Shown: positions 52,368 through 62,978 of the stretch, one piece after another
How the letters are laid out: each line of letters begins with the position of its first letter
Numbering within the stretch: position 1 is the first letter of the stretch
Assembly: GCA_963766075.1 (NCBI GenBank)
Contig: CAVYAN010000075.1
Location: forward strand, 1-64,000
DNA from: an uncultured cyanobacterium
GTDB lineage: Bacteria; Cyanobacteriota; Cyanobacteriia; Leptolyngbyales; Leptolyngbyaceae
Length of the DNA: 64,000 nt
Direction: 5' to 3'
The notes under the pieces: generated by a model
Database searches by the model: none
What the model was told of the DNA's origin: nothing
The model's input: only the letters and a program-made list of their open reading frames with translations
Made by a program: the position numbers and the translations under genes

Positions 52368-53576
52368 ATGGCTATGACAGGCATCTCTACCTCCACTGTT
52401 GCGCCGCTTCCGCTGGATCAGCATCGCCAGCAATTTTCAGCATTGCAAACCAAAGCTTACTTTAACTACGGTGGTCAAGGTCCCCTGCCCCAGGCGGCAT
52501 TGCTGGCGATGCAACAGTCGTGGCAGCGCGTGCAACAGGATGGCCCCTTCGGGGGCAAAGTGAATCGCTGGTTGGTGACGGAGGGCGATCGCACCCGCGC
52601 TGCCATGGCGGCGGAACTGGGCACTACCGCCGATACCCTGACGCTGACAGAGGATGTCTCGGTGGGCTGTAATATCGCCCTGTGGGGACTGGATTGGAAG
52701 TACGGCGATCGCCTGCTGCTATCGGATTGCGAGCATCCCGGCATCATTGCTGCGGCTCAGGAACTACACCGCCGATTCGGGGTGGAAATCCTGGTTTGCC
52801 CATTACGGGCGACATTGAATGAGGGCGATCCCGTCGCGGTACTGGCCCAGCATTTGCAGCCGAATACACGTCTCGTGGTGCTTAGCCATATTTTGTGGAA
52901 TACTGGGCAGGTTTTGCCATTAGCGGAAATGGTGGCGGCGTGCCACAGCTATTCTAGCCGTGATCCAGTTCGGGTGTTGGTGGATGCGGCTCAGTCCGTC
53001 GGGGTGTTGCCCTTAAATCTGACGGAATTGCAGGCAGACTTTTATGCCTTTACAGGGCATAAATGGTGGTGCGGTCCGGAGGGGGTTGGCGGGCTGTACG
53101 TCCGACCGGAGGTACGAGACAGTTTGAGTCCAACATTTGTTGGGTGGCGCAGCATTACCTCGGATGCGCTTGGCCAACCGACCGGATGGCAAGCCGATGG
53201 CCGACGGTATGAAATTGCGACTTCGGCGTATCCCCTTTACGCCGGGGTTCGGGCCGCGATCGCCTTGCATCACCAGTGGGGAACAGCCCAAGAGCGCTAC
53301 CAGCGAATTTGTGCCCTCAGCCACTACCTCTGGCAAAAGCTGATGGACCTACCGGGGGTGTCCTGTTTGCGGACGCGCTCACCGGAAGCGGGATTGGTGT
53401 CGTTTCAGGTGCCGGGGAAATCCCACGCCCAACTGGTCCAGACCCTAGAAACCCAATCCATTTTGGTGCGGACCATTTTGAATCCAGACTGTGTGCGGGC
53501 CTGTGTCCATTACTTCACCCTGGAGGCTGAGTGCGATCTCCTGGTGGAGGCCGTTCGAGCCTGGGCGATCGCCTAG
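52368..53576 (+). CDS. PLP-dependent class V enzyme, L-cystine/cysteine lyase (C-DES-like)
   Basis: YFNYGGQGP, DCEHPG, SHILWNTG, DAAQS, FTGHKW; start uncertain. Confidence 0.82.
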   Translation: MAMTGISTSTVAPLPLDQHRQQFSALQTKAYFNYGGQGPLPQAALLAMQQSWQRVQQDGPFGGKVNRWLVTEGDRTRAAMAAELGTTADTLTLTEDVSVGCNIALWGLDWKYGDRLLLSDCEHPGIIAAAQELHRRFGVEILVCPLRATLNEGDPVAVLAQHLQPNTRLVVLSHILWNTGQVLPLAEMVAACHSYSSRDPVRVLVDAAQSVGVLPLNLTELQADFYAFTGHKWWCGPEGVGGLYVRPEVRDSLSPTFVGWRSITSDALGQPTGWQADGRRYEIATSAYPLYAGVRAAIALHHQWGTAQERYQRICALSHYLWQKLMDLPGVSCLRTRSPEAGLVSFQVPGKSHAQLVQTLETQSILVRTILNPDCVRACVHYFTLEAECDLLVEAVRAWAIA

Positions 53577-53705
53577 CGATCGTTGAGCTACAGCCTACTT
53601 CCTAAAGCCTGCTTTAAAGCGGTTTCCTCAAGAGAAATTGGGCTAAGGCCCGTTGTTACCCTTGGGATGACAACGGGCTTTCCCCATACCAGCGGAACGG
53701 TGGTT

Positions 53706-54530
53706 TTACCGAGAATCTGCTCTCGCCTCGCGCAGTCTGGCGTCGATCTCCTGACGATTTTCTGCCAAGGGTGCCGCCAATCGAGACACCGTCTCCACGA
53801 GCCAGGGCATCAGGCGATTCCCCCACACGGCGAGGTGACTTTGCCATCCCACGAGCACCTCAGGTGAGTCCTTTTCAAGTCCCGCGACTAGGGTTTGGGC
53901 CACTTTTTGCGGTGTGGTGGGCATCACCCAGCGAAACCACTGAAAATTCTGCACCATATCCGTATCCGTTAGGGAAGGCAGCAGGGCCATGACTCGGATA
54001 TTATGGGCCGCCAGTTCCCCCCGTAGGGCTTGGGTGAATCCCAAAATGGCAAACTTGGTCGCCGAATAGGTGGCCATAGTCGGAGCGGCGATTTTGCCCA
54101 TAAGGCTCGACACGTTCACAATGGTGCCTTGGCGTTGGACGGCCATGCGGCGGGCAATCAGCCGGGTGATGGTGTACATGCCCATGAGATTCAGGGCAAG
54201 CTCTTCCTGGACATGGGGCAGTTGGGATTGTAAGAAGGGTGCTTGGTAGGCAACCCCAGCGCAGTTAACGAGCAGATGCACTGGGCCGTAGTCACGCCAA
54301 GCTTGGGCCACCGCAATATTAACCTCGACGACCTGCGTTAGATTTAAAGCCAGCGGAATTGCTTCCACGCCCAGGGCGTTAATTTCTGCGGCCACCTCGA
54401 TTAAGCGCTGCTGGGTGCGGGCGACTAGGATGAGTCGCTGTGCCCCTTGACGGGCAAATTCCAAGGCGATCGCTCGTCCAATGCCACGAGAAGCACCCGT
54501 GATCAAAACGGTTTTTCCTTGAATATTCAT
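53706..54530 (-). CDS. SDR family oxidoreductase
   Basis: TGASRGIG, NCAG, YSATK. Confidence 0.92.
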   Translation of the reverse strand: MNIQGKTVLITGASRGIGRAIALEFARQGAQRLILVARTQQRLIEVAAEINALGVEAIPLALNLTQVVEVNIAVAQAWRDYGPVHLLVNCAGVAYQAPFLQSQLPHVQEELALNLMGMYTITRLIARRMAVQRQGTIVNVSSLMGKIAAPTMATYSATKFAILGFTQALRGELAAHNIRVMALLPSLTDTDMVQNFQWFRWVMPTTPQKVAQTLVAGLEKDSPEVLVGWQSHLAVWGNRLMPWLVETVSRLAAPLAENRQEIDARLREARADSR

Positions 54531-55412
54531 GCGAAAGCCTCCAAATATTGAGGTTCTAGGGTGTTTACAGCCTTTGCTGAACGGCCCGCGGGCAAATAAA
54601 AGCGGGCGCAAAGAACTGCCTTAAGTCACTGTAAAAAGTGACTCAGAAAAGGCACTGCAAGACGTTTTTGAGTGAAGCTCTCAATGGAGCCAAGGGCTTT
54701 TCAGGGAATGCCTGCTGCGATCGCCATGTCTAGATGAGTGCCGGATAGGCTAGCCAAGTAAGGCAGAAAGCAAAAGGCAGAAGGCAGAAAACAGCAGCAT
54801 CCCGAAAGCAAATGAGAATCGCTACAAGCATCTACACAATGTAGCGGTTCAATCCCATGGATAACTCTGGGATTCAGGGGCTGGGGTTAGCGTCGAAAGC
54901 ACGATAAAGCATAAGACACAACTCCTAGATTTGAACATTAACCCGTAATCACTTGACCCGCACACCCTAGCAAAGGGATCAAGCTGTTGCAACACTTATT
55001 AATGGAAAGCCAAAATTGTGATATTACGATACAAATTTTTCAGAAATGTCCCACCTTGTGTCTGCACATTCAAACTAACTAGCAGACGAACTAGTCCTGT
55101 ACTGTCACTCGATCCCCGTCCGTTCCATCGCGATAACGACACCCCGCCACTAAATGAGGAAACGATTCGTGCAACCCGTTATCTGAGTGCCGTGATACGT
55201 GTCACATCTGGAGCCAACCTAGGGCAGACATCGCCCCTACCGCAGGATTTACATGTTGGAATGATTATTTATTTGCAAGTCTCTTAGGGAATGTTGTCTC
55301 TGGCCAGACAACCTCGTATCACCCCCACAAGTTCCTCACAGGCTTGATCTTAAACTTGCAATAGATAGCAATTAGCAATCATCGAAGACTTTAATAAGGT
55401 TAAGGAAAAGTT

Positions 55413-56231
55413 ATGGTTTCTCATACTTTATCGCCTCCCCAGACTACTGCCGACAAAGCCGAAATCATTATGCACGCTCAGGTAGATGCCCTTTACTACG
55501 GCAAATTTCTAGCTCTGCGTGATGTTAACCTCCCCATTTACAAAAACACCATTACGGCTTTTATCGGTCCTTCCGGCTGCGGTAAAAGTACACTGCTACG
55601 GTGTTTTAATCGTCTGAATGATCTGATCGTCGGGACTCGTCTGCAAGGGCAAGTGTTTTTTCACAATAGCGATGTCTACCATCCCAAAATTGACCCGATC
55701 GCCCTGCGGGCTTGTGTGGGCATGGTCTTCCAACATGCCAATCCTTTTCCCAAATCGATCTATGACAATGTTGCCTTTGGGCCTCGGATTCAAGTCTTTC
55801 AGGAAATCTTGGATGAACAAGTGGAACAGGCGTTACGTCGCGCCTACCTGTGGGATGAAGTCAAAGATAGACTCCATGAAAGCGCACTAGACCTTTCTGG
55901 TGGGCAGCAACAGCGGCTGTGTATTGCCAGAGCACTGGCGGCAAAGCCTGAAGTGATTTTGATGGATGAGCCTTGCTCTGCTTTGGATCCACAGGCCACC
56001 TGGCAGATTGAAGAGTTACTACGGGATCTGAAGCCGCAGCACACGATCGTGATTGTCACCCACAACCTGCAACAGGCAGCACGGGTATCAGACAGAACCG
56101 CCTTTTTCAATCTGGAAATGCAAGAGGGAAGCCGTACCGGGGAATTGGTCGAATACAACCATACGGATATAATTTTCAATCATCCCGAACAAGAGGTGAC
56201 TCAGCACTATATCCAAGGTCGCTTTGGCTAA
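55413..56231 (+). CDS. pstB: Phosphate ABC transporter ATP-binding protein
   Basis: [42 protein letters not shown]. Confidence 0.92.
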   Translation: MVSHTLSPPQTTADKAEIIMHAQVDALYYGKFLALRDVNLPIYKNTITAFIGPSGCGKSTLLRCFNRLNDLIVGTRLQGQVFFHNSDVYHPKIDPIALRACVGMVFQHANPFPKSIYDNVAFGPRIQVFQEILDEQVEQALRRAYLWDEVKDRLHESALDLSGGQQQRLCIARALAAKPEVILMDEPCSALDPQATWQIEELLRDLKPQHTIVIVTHNLQQAARVSDRTAFFNLEMQEGSRTGELVEYNHTDIIFNHPEQEVTQHYIQGRFG

Positions 56232-56357
56232 TGAGATTGGGTTGATGAGATTGGGTTGATGAGATTGGGTTGATGAGATTAGTTGCATGAAATAGATACG
56301 TTCAACGTTCAAAACCATTAGAGATCGCGTTGCGATGATCACAACCGATGGAGTTAT

Positions 56358-57374
56358 ATGAAGCCTCAATCATCAGATTTATCAATCACGCTGGGTGAAT
56401 ACGGGCATCACATTATTCAGCATAATTTTCAAAAATTCGTCGATCACGAGGGTGATGTCTTTAAAGATAAAGATCCAGAACCGTTGCACCAAATGCGGGT
56501 GGGTATGCGCCGGTTGAGAACGGCTATTCAAGTTTTTGGTCCGGCGATCGCGTTACCCAAACCCTTCAGCCATACCGCCATCGGCAAAATCGCTAAACGT
56601 TTAGGCGCAACTCGCGATCTAGATGTCCTGCAACAGGCCCTCATCACCCGCTATCAGCCGCTATTGCCCAAGGCCGAACAGTCAAAGTTTCGGGACGTGC
56701 TCAAGCATGTGCGCCAGCAGCGCGCCCACAGCTTTTTGGATTTGCAGAAAACATTGCAGGGCGATCGCTACCATCGCCTCAAGCACGCCATCCAAACGTG
56801 GGTAGACCAGCCTGCCTATACCCGGATGGCCGATTTACCCATTCAACAAGTTTTGCCCGATTTGCTGCTGCCGTTACTCTGCCACGTGTTTCTCCATCCC
56901 GGTTGGCTAGTGGGCACGACTCTACAGGCTGGGGAGGTGACGCTAATGCCGATTGAAAATGGGGAGGATCTGCATCAACAAGGGGTGCTATACGGTGATG
57001 CGCTGCATGACCTGCGGAAGCACATGAAAGGCGTGCGCTACCAAGCCGAGTTTTTTTCAGCGTTTTATGCCGCTGCCTACCCGCAAAGAATCGAAGAATT
57101 TAAGGCAATCCAGGACATTCTGGGACAGTTTCACGATCAGATCGTTCTGCAGCAGTTTCTAGAATCGACATTGCATGCGGAACTGGCCAAGGTGCTGCCC
57201 ACAGTCAACCAAGTGATGCAGCAGGATCAAGCCAATTTTTGGCAAAGCTGGCAGCCGCTACAGCAGCGTTACCTTTCGGCAGACTTTCGGCAGTCCGTGC
57301 GATCGCTACTGGCAACGCCGCTGGCCCTTACACCCCCTCGGGACGGGGAACCCAGTAGTAGGGACAACGCGTAG
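56358..57374 (+). CDS. CHAD domain protein
   Basis: LHQMRVGMRRLR, LGATRDLDV, LHDLRK..K..RY, QDILGQFHD. Confidence 0.92.
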   Translation: MKPQSSDLSITLGEYGHHIIQHNFQKFVDHEGDVFKDKDPEPLHQMRVGMRRLRTAIQVFGPAIALPKPFSHTAIGKIAKRLGATRDLDVLQQALITRYQPLLPKAEQSKFRDVLKHVRQQRAHSFLDLQKTLQGDRYHRLKHAIQTWVDQPAYTRMADLPIQQVLPDLLLPLLCHVFLHPGWLVGTTLQAGEVTLMPIENGEDLHQQGVLYGDALHDLRKHMKGVRYQAEFFSAFYAAAYPQRIEEFKAIQDILGQFHDQIVLQQFLESTLHAELAKVLPTVNQVMQQDQANFWQSWQPLQQRYLSADFRQSVRSLLATPLALTPPRDGEPSSRDNA

Positions 57375-57471
57375 CAAGGCTGAATTCAAAATTCAAAATT
57401 CTTTCTGCCCGCTGCCTTTTTACGTCTACCGTGATGCCTCAGCCCAACTTAGAGCCTAACTTTGGAAATCT

Positions 57472-59055
57472 ATGATTAGCCCAACTTCAGAGATTAGCTC
57501 AACTTCAGAACGTGGTGCGGAACCAGTGAATCTATCGAGTCCACAGGGCTTGCTATCAACGTTGCAAGCCCTGCGCCAGACGGTTGACAGTGAAGGAGCC
57601 GCCAAGTTGAGCCAATGGCGATCGCACATTCAGCGCCCTGAATTCCTTGCCAGTGCCCTGAATCTCGCGCAATATCTCGCCCTGCGGCGGCATGACCTCC
57701 GTGACCTCCAAGCCGCACTCATGCCCTGGGGCCTATCCTCCCTAGGCCGCATTGAAGCCCGCGTCATGCCCAATCTCGATGCTGTGATTGCCACTCTGGC
57801 AGTCATTTGTGGTCAAGCCGCCGCCGAGCTGATCAACCGCCCCCCGATCGCATCTTTTTTGGAGGGCGATCGGCTACTACGGCAGCACACCGAAGAATTA
57901 TTTGGCCCAGCCTCTCCCCATCGCCGAGTCAGAATTATGGTCACCTTACCCCCCGAAGCGGCCACTGACTATGCCTTAGTGCGAGAAATGATCCGCCGAG
58001 GGGCCACCTGCATACGCATTAACTGTGCCCACGATACTCCAGAGATCTGGCAGCAGATGATTGATCAGATTCGTCGCGCAGAACAGGAGACAGGCACCGC
58101 GTGTCACATCATGATGGACCTCGCGGGTCCCAAAATCCGCACGGGATCGGTGCTGGCACCCCCCGATACAAAACGGGTCTTTCGTGGGGATCAGATCGTG
58201 TTGTCGCGGTGTGCGACTGAACCCGGCAGTGATGAGGCTGATGATGCAGCGATCCCATCTCCGGTAGACCAGTTCAAAACAAGCTGTACAGTGCCCGAAA
58301 TTCTCGACTTATTAGTTGTAGACGCACCTGTCTATATTGACGATGGCAAGATTCGGACGCGCGTGGTTAACACCCAATACCCAATTCCTGATGAACAACC
58401 CGGACTGTTGCTACAAGTGACCCATGCCAGTCCCAAAGGGGTGAAACTGCGCCCTGAAAAAGGGTTAAATTTTCCGAACACGATTTTGCCGCTCAGCCCG
58501 CTCACCGCGAAGGATCTCTGTGATCTGGATTTTGTCGCCGCGCATGCCGATATTGTGGGCTACTCATTTGTACAGCGCCCTGCCGATATGACGTTACTGC
58601 AACAAGAATTGGATCAGCGCGCTGGCAAGCGATCGTCCCGCCCCGCGATCGTCGCCAAGATTGAAACGGCGATCGCGGTTAGCAACCTACCCGAATTAAT
58701 CATTTATGCAGCGGGTCAACAGCCCTTTGGGGTCATGATTGCTAGGGGCGACTTAGCCGTGGAAATTGGCTACCAGCGGTTGACCGAGATTCAGGAAGAA
58801 ATTCTTTGGATTTGTGAAGCGGCCCATGTGCCCGTGATCTGGGCGACGCAGGTTCTAGAAAGCCTAGTCAAAAATGGTGCTCCCTCGCGGGGAGAAATGA
58901 CAGATGCCGCTATGGCTGAACGCGCTGAGTGCGTCATGCTAAACAAAGGACCGTTTATTGCCGAAGCCATTACCATTCTGGATGATGTTCTGACTCGCAT
59001 GGAAGCCCACCAGTCGAAAAAAACACCCCAGTTGCGGGCCTTGCATTCCTGGTAG
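57472..59055 (+). CDS. Atypical pyruvate kinase-family protein
   Basis: RINCAHD, DLAGPKIRTG, KIET, ARGDLAVE, ATQVLE; no C-terminal allosteric domain. Confidence 0.85.
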   Translation: MISPTSEISSTSERGAEPVNLSSPQGLLSTLQALRQTVDSEGAAKLSQWRSHIQRPEFLASALNLAQYLALRRHDLRDLQAALMPWGLSSLGRIEARVMPNLDAVIATLAVICGQAAAELINRPPIASFLEGDRLLRQHTEELFGPASPHRRVRIMVTLPPEAATDYALVREMIRRGATCIRINCAHDTPEIWQQMIDQIRRAEQETGTACHIMMDLAGPKIRTGSVLAPPDTKRVFRGDQIVLSRCATEPGSDEADDAAIPSPVDQFKTSCTVPEILDLLVVDAPVYIDDGKIRTRVVNTQYPIPDEQPGLLLQVTHASPKGVKLRPEKGLNFPNTILPLSPLTAKDLCDLDFVAAHADIVGYSFVQRPADMTLLQQELDQRAGKRSSRPAIVAKIETAIAVSNLPELIIYAAGQQPFGVMIARGDLAVEIGYQRLTEIQEEILWICEAAHVPVIWATQVLESLVKNGAPSRGEMTDAAMAERAECVMLNKGPFIAEAITILDDVLTRMEAHQSKKTPQLRALHSW

Positions 59056-59213
59056 GCTTATCCACAAACAGACAGATGTCGCCAGACGATGGTCTCTAAT
59101 TTCGCCTCGATGGGCCGAGGCGAAACTTGCGGGCGATCGCGATTCATCCCAGCGTCTAACCAACGGTTAACGATGCCAAACCATCTCCTGGCCCTTAAAC
59201 CACCCCAAAATCT

Positions 59214-61315
59214 ATGTCAATCGCTGCATTACTCGACGAATTACGGGACATCAACCTGATCGTCCGCCCCGATTGGTCCAATCCCGCCGCTGTCCTGGCA
59301 GACCTGTCCCCCCTCCTAACCCGCCTGTTTCACCATCCCGCCGTTCAAGACATCACCCTCCTGATCGACACCCAAACCCTATCCGAAGATCTGCAAGACA
59401 GTGCTAACCTCCTCCTCCTGGAAGTTCTTTTAAATATCAGCCTCGAAACTTCTGTTTCCGAAGACCTGAATGTTGGGCTGACTGGCCCCCTAACCCCAGC
59501 AGACTGGCATACCTTACAACCCTGGCTCAATTTCCACATAGCCCTGCCGCAGGCGGATCAAGGTGGCCAATACCAGCCGCCCATCCCCGGGGTGGATGGG
59601 GCCACGCTTTTTGATCCTGCCGTCTATCACGCCGCCCAACTCGACTCGTGGCACCGATGGGGCAATCACTTTGTGGCCTGCCATCTGCCCCAAACCGCCA
59701 TCCCCTACTACAGCCAATACCTATCCCACTGCCCCACCGCTGCCGATATCCACCTCAAACTCAGTGAGGCGTTGTGGCAAACCGATCAACGCGCCCAGGC
59801 GATCCAAGCCTTAGAAGCGGGGATGCACCACTGTCCCGACGCGCCCGAACTCCACTTCTGGTTGATTATTCGCCTCAAACAAAACCAGGACTACCCAGCG
59901 GCCCACCGCCATGCTCAAACCGCCGCCGCCTTGTTTCCCGCAGACTACACCTTCAAAATGCTCCAGGCATTGATGTTGCCCGAAGCCTACGACACCCCCG
60001 CAGAAATTATTGCCCATCGCACGGCCTTTCAAACCAACCTCACCCGCCTGATTCAGGACATTGCCCTTGACACCCCCGCTGAGCAAAAAAAGGCCCTGAG
60101 GGCGATCGCCCACCACACCAACTTCTTTTTGTCATACCAGGGCTATAACGATGTCGCTTTGCAGCAGCAATACGGCCAATTTCTCCACCGCGTCATGGCC
60201 GCCAACTATCCCCAATGGGTGCAACCACGCCCCCGCCAACCACGCCCTGCCAAAATCAGAATCGGCTATCTGTCCGCCTTTCTCTGTGGCTGGAGTGGCA
60301 CGGTGCTGTTTCTCAACTGGCTGAAATACGCCGACACCGATCGCTTTGAAATTTACACCTATCACATCGGAGCCCAGGTCGATGGCGTGACGGAGCTGGT
60401 CAAGACGTACAGCACCCGGTTCTACCATATCCAACATAATCTCGAACAGGTGTGCCAGCAGGTGGTGGACGATCGCCTGCAAGTGCTCATTTTTCCCGAA
60501 TTGGGCATGGATGCGACCACCCTCTGCATTGCGGGGTTACGCCTTGCGCCGATTCAGTGCATGGCCTGGGGGCAGCCCGTCACCTCGGGATTGCCCACCC
60601 TAGACTATTTTCTCTCCAGTGAGTTGATGGAGCCTGCCCAGGGACAAGACCACTATACTGAGGCTCTGGTGCGGCTACCCGGTGTCGGAATTTCCTACCC
60701 CGCGATTTCCGTGCCTCCGGTCCAGCGCGATCGCGCCGCCTTTGGCCTCCGCGAAGACTCCATTGTCTACCTTTCCAGCCAAGCACCCTACAAATATTTG
60801 CCCCAGCACGATGCCATCTATGCCCAAATTGCCTGTCAAGTGCCCAATGCCCAGTTTATGTTTCTCCGGGCGGGGATCCCCCAACTCGGCTCGATCGCGC
60901 TTTTGCTGCCGTGGGGCTAGACAGTCAAGCCTACTGTGTGTTTTCTCCGGTGTTAGCCCGCAGCGATTACTTCGACCTGCTCTCGTTGGTGGACGTTTAC
61001 CTGGATACGCCCGATTGGTCTGGCGGGAATACCACCCTGGATGCGATCGCCTGTCATCTGCCCATTGTCACCTGTCCGGGGGCGTTGATGCGGGGTCGTC
61101 ACTCCTACGGTTTTCTAATGGCGATCGGGGTAACCGAAACCATCGCAGACGATCTGACTCAGTACGTCAGCATCGCCGCGCGGCTGGCGACCGACGGCCC
61201 GTGGAGACAGGCGATTCGGGCGGCCCTGCGGCACTCTGCGCACCAACTCTTTGAAAACCCACTCCCCACGCAACAGCTCGAAGCCTTTTTGCTCCAGGCG
61301 ATCGCCACGTTGTAG
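59214..61315 (+). CDS. O-GlcNAc transferase / SPINDLY-family glycosyltransferase (frameshift ~60882)
   Basis: TPRs, KIRIGYLS, RLAPIQC..WGQPVTSG, YKY, DVYLDT..WSGGNT. Confidence 0.88.
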
Positions 61316-61379
61316 CGCTTCTTTAGTCTGCGGCTTAGACCATTGCCAAGAAATATTATACCTTCGCCCTAAAAAAACT

Positions 61380-61405
61380 GCTCCCTGAGCGGAGTCGAAG
61401 GGAGC
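61380..61405. repeat. REP-like palindrome (copy 3)
   Basis: GCTCCCTGAGCGGAGTCGAAGGGAGC. Confidence 0.85.
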
Positions 61406-61453
61406 CATCTGGAGCGGTAGAGTCTTTCATGAAAATCGTCCTGAGGTTGCTTC

Positions 61454-61939
61454 CTAGTAGATCGCCAGATCGATCGCCAGGTCGATTTCCAAATCATCGC
61501 TCATTGTCAGCTCGGCCTGTCTGCCGTTAGCGGCATCGTAGAGCAGTTGAATTTTGAGATAGCGCGGTGGTAGGTAGGACAGGCGATCGGCCCATTCAAT
61601 CGCCACAATTCCCAGCTCGACTTCCTCACCCTCCCAATAGGTTTCGGGAGAAAGGCTGGCCGCCTCTGCCTGTCCTAAACGATACAAATCAAAGTGATAG
61701 AGGGGAAGCCGTCCGCCTAGATACTCGTTAATTAGGGTAAACGTCGGACTGTCAATCGCTTCTGCCAAACCCAATCCCGCCCCAATCCCCTGCACCAGGG
61801 TTGTTTTGCCTGCCCCCAGATCCCCTTCGAGCAGCAACACGCTGCCCGCTGGCAAGGATTGGCCCAGTTTGACACCAAGCTGACGGGTCGCCGTGGCGGT
61901 GGCCAAGGCCATGAGGAGAGGAGAGGAAGAGGGGACCAT
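61454..61939 (-). CDS. tsaE: tRNA threonylcarbamoyladenosine biosynthesis ATPase
   Basis: GDLGAGKT, SPTFTLINEY, HFDLYRL, IEWA. Confidence 0.95.
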   Translation of the reverse strand: MVPSSSPLLMALATATATRQLGVKLGQSLPAGSVLLLEGDLGAGKTTLVQGIGAGLGLAEAIDSPTFTLINEYLGGRLPLYHFDLYRLGQAEAASLSPETYWEGEEVELGIVAIEWADRLSYLPPRYLKIQLLYDAANGRQAELTMSDDLEIDLAIDLAIY

Positions 61940-61958
61940 GGAGGAGGGAGGAGGAAAT

Positions 61959-62861
61959 TTACGACAACGTTGAGGCCCGTAGTGCCTGAATTTCTTCTAT
62001 CGGCAGTCCGGTAATTTGACTAATGGTGGCATCGTTCAACAGGGGCAGCGATCGCTGTGCCACCGCCACTTGCTGCTCCCGTACGCCTTGCTGGATACCT
62101 TGCTGGATGCCTTGCTGGATACCTTGCTGAACCCCTTTCTGGAGCGCCTGTTTTTCGGCCCGGATGAGGGCATTCCGCTGATCATGAATGAACATGGCTT
62201 GATGCTCCAGTTCTTCCAGCTCTTCCCGGGTGAGGGTGGCCTGGTTGGCAAGGGCAAAGGCTTGCTGAATTGCGGGCACATGCTCCATCTGTTCGGGCAC
62301 CACGGCCAGATCCGGAGCGTGTTTGAGGAAATAGAGCCACTTTTCTGTCAAGGTTGTGAGGTGATCTAAGGAACATTGAAATTTGGGAAGTTCTACAAAT
62401 ACCAGCTCCAGGTCATACACGGGATAGTCAATCAAAAAATCTTTCTCTTTCAGGACAAAGCGCGACATTACAGTATTGAGTTCTGGAAACATTTCAAAAT
62501 CAGTAATGGTCAAGGCAATAACGGGATTTAGTAACCAATAGTCCTGTCCCACCCCTAGCTGAATCGAGTAGGCTTTGGCCGCATTATAGAGAATCCGCTT
62601 TTCAAAGCCCTCTAGGTTCAGCACCTGCATCTCAATAATCACAGTTTCACCACTGCTGAGCACTGCTTTGACATCGAGATAGGTGTCTTTGACGCCCCGA
62701 ATTTTGGGGGCTTGATAAGGATTGAGAATGGTGAGATCGCGAATGATCGGTTCGCCCTGGTACAACAAGCCATTCAGAAAGCTGATCAGAATCTCGTGGC
62801 TCTGTTCCGAGCCAAAGATTTTCTTGAAGGCGAAGTCGGTTTTGGGGTTGATGAAGATCAT
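61959..62861 (-). CDS. Rpn family PD-(D/E)XK nuclease / putative transposase
   Basis: INPKTDFAFKKIFG, LDVKA, IEMQ, FVELPKF, QQGI repeats, ISQITGL tail. Confidence 0.9.
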   Translation of the reverse strand: MIFINPKTDFAFKKIFGSEQSHEILISFLNGLLYQGEPIIRDLTILNPYQAPKIRGVKDTYLDVKAVLSSGETVIIEMQVLNLEGFEKRILYNAAKAYSIQLGVGQDYWLLNPVIALTITDFEMFPELNTVMSRFVLKEKDFLIDYPVYDLELVFVELPKFQCSLDHLTTLTEKWLYFLKHAPDLAVVPEQMEHVPAIQQAFALANQATLTREELEELEHQAMFIHDQRNALIRAEKQALQKGVQQGIQQGIQQGIQQGVREQQVAVAQRSLPLLNDATISQITGLPIEEIQALRASTLS

Positions 62862-62978
62862 GGGGGCGATCGCCAAGACGGTTACTTTATTTTAGCCTTT
62901 CCCAAGGTTTAGTGTTTCCCGAGGAGGCGCTGAGTCTGGCTCACCCGCAGCCTGCGACGGTCTTTCTAGTAGCTGTCC

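Noticed and set aside
55018..55330. Small ORF or REP/transposase remnant upstream of pstB
   Set aside because: Only a lone CGCCCCTAC word and no convincing protein motif
55340..55410. Pho box upstream of pstB
   Set aside because: CTTAAACT and CTTAACCT-like words are present but not in a clear 11-bp-periodic triple on one strand
34600..60890. Programmed frameshifts or true pseudogenes in A2M, ccaA, NIL and OGT
   Set aside because: Single indels, mostly in homopolymer runs, with conserved sequence on both sides; sequencing error is more parsimonious
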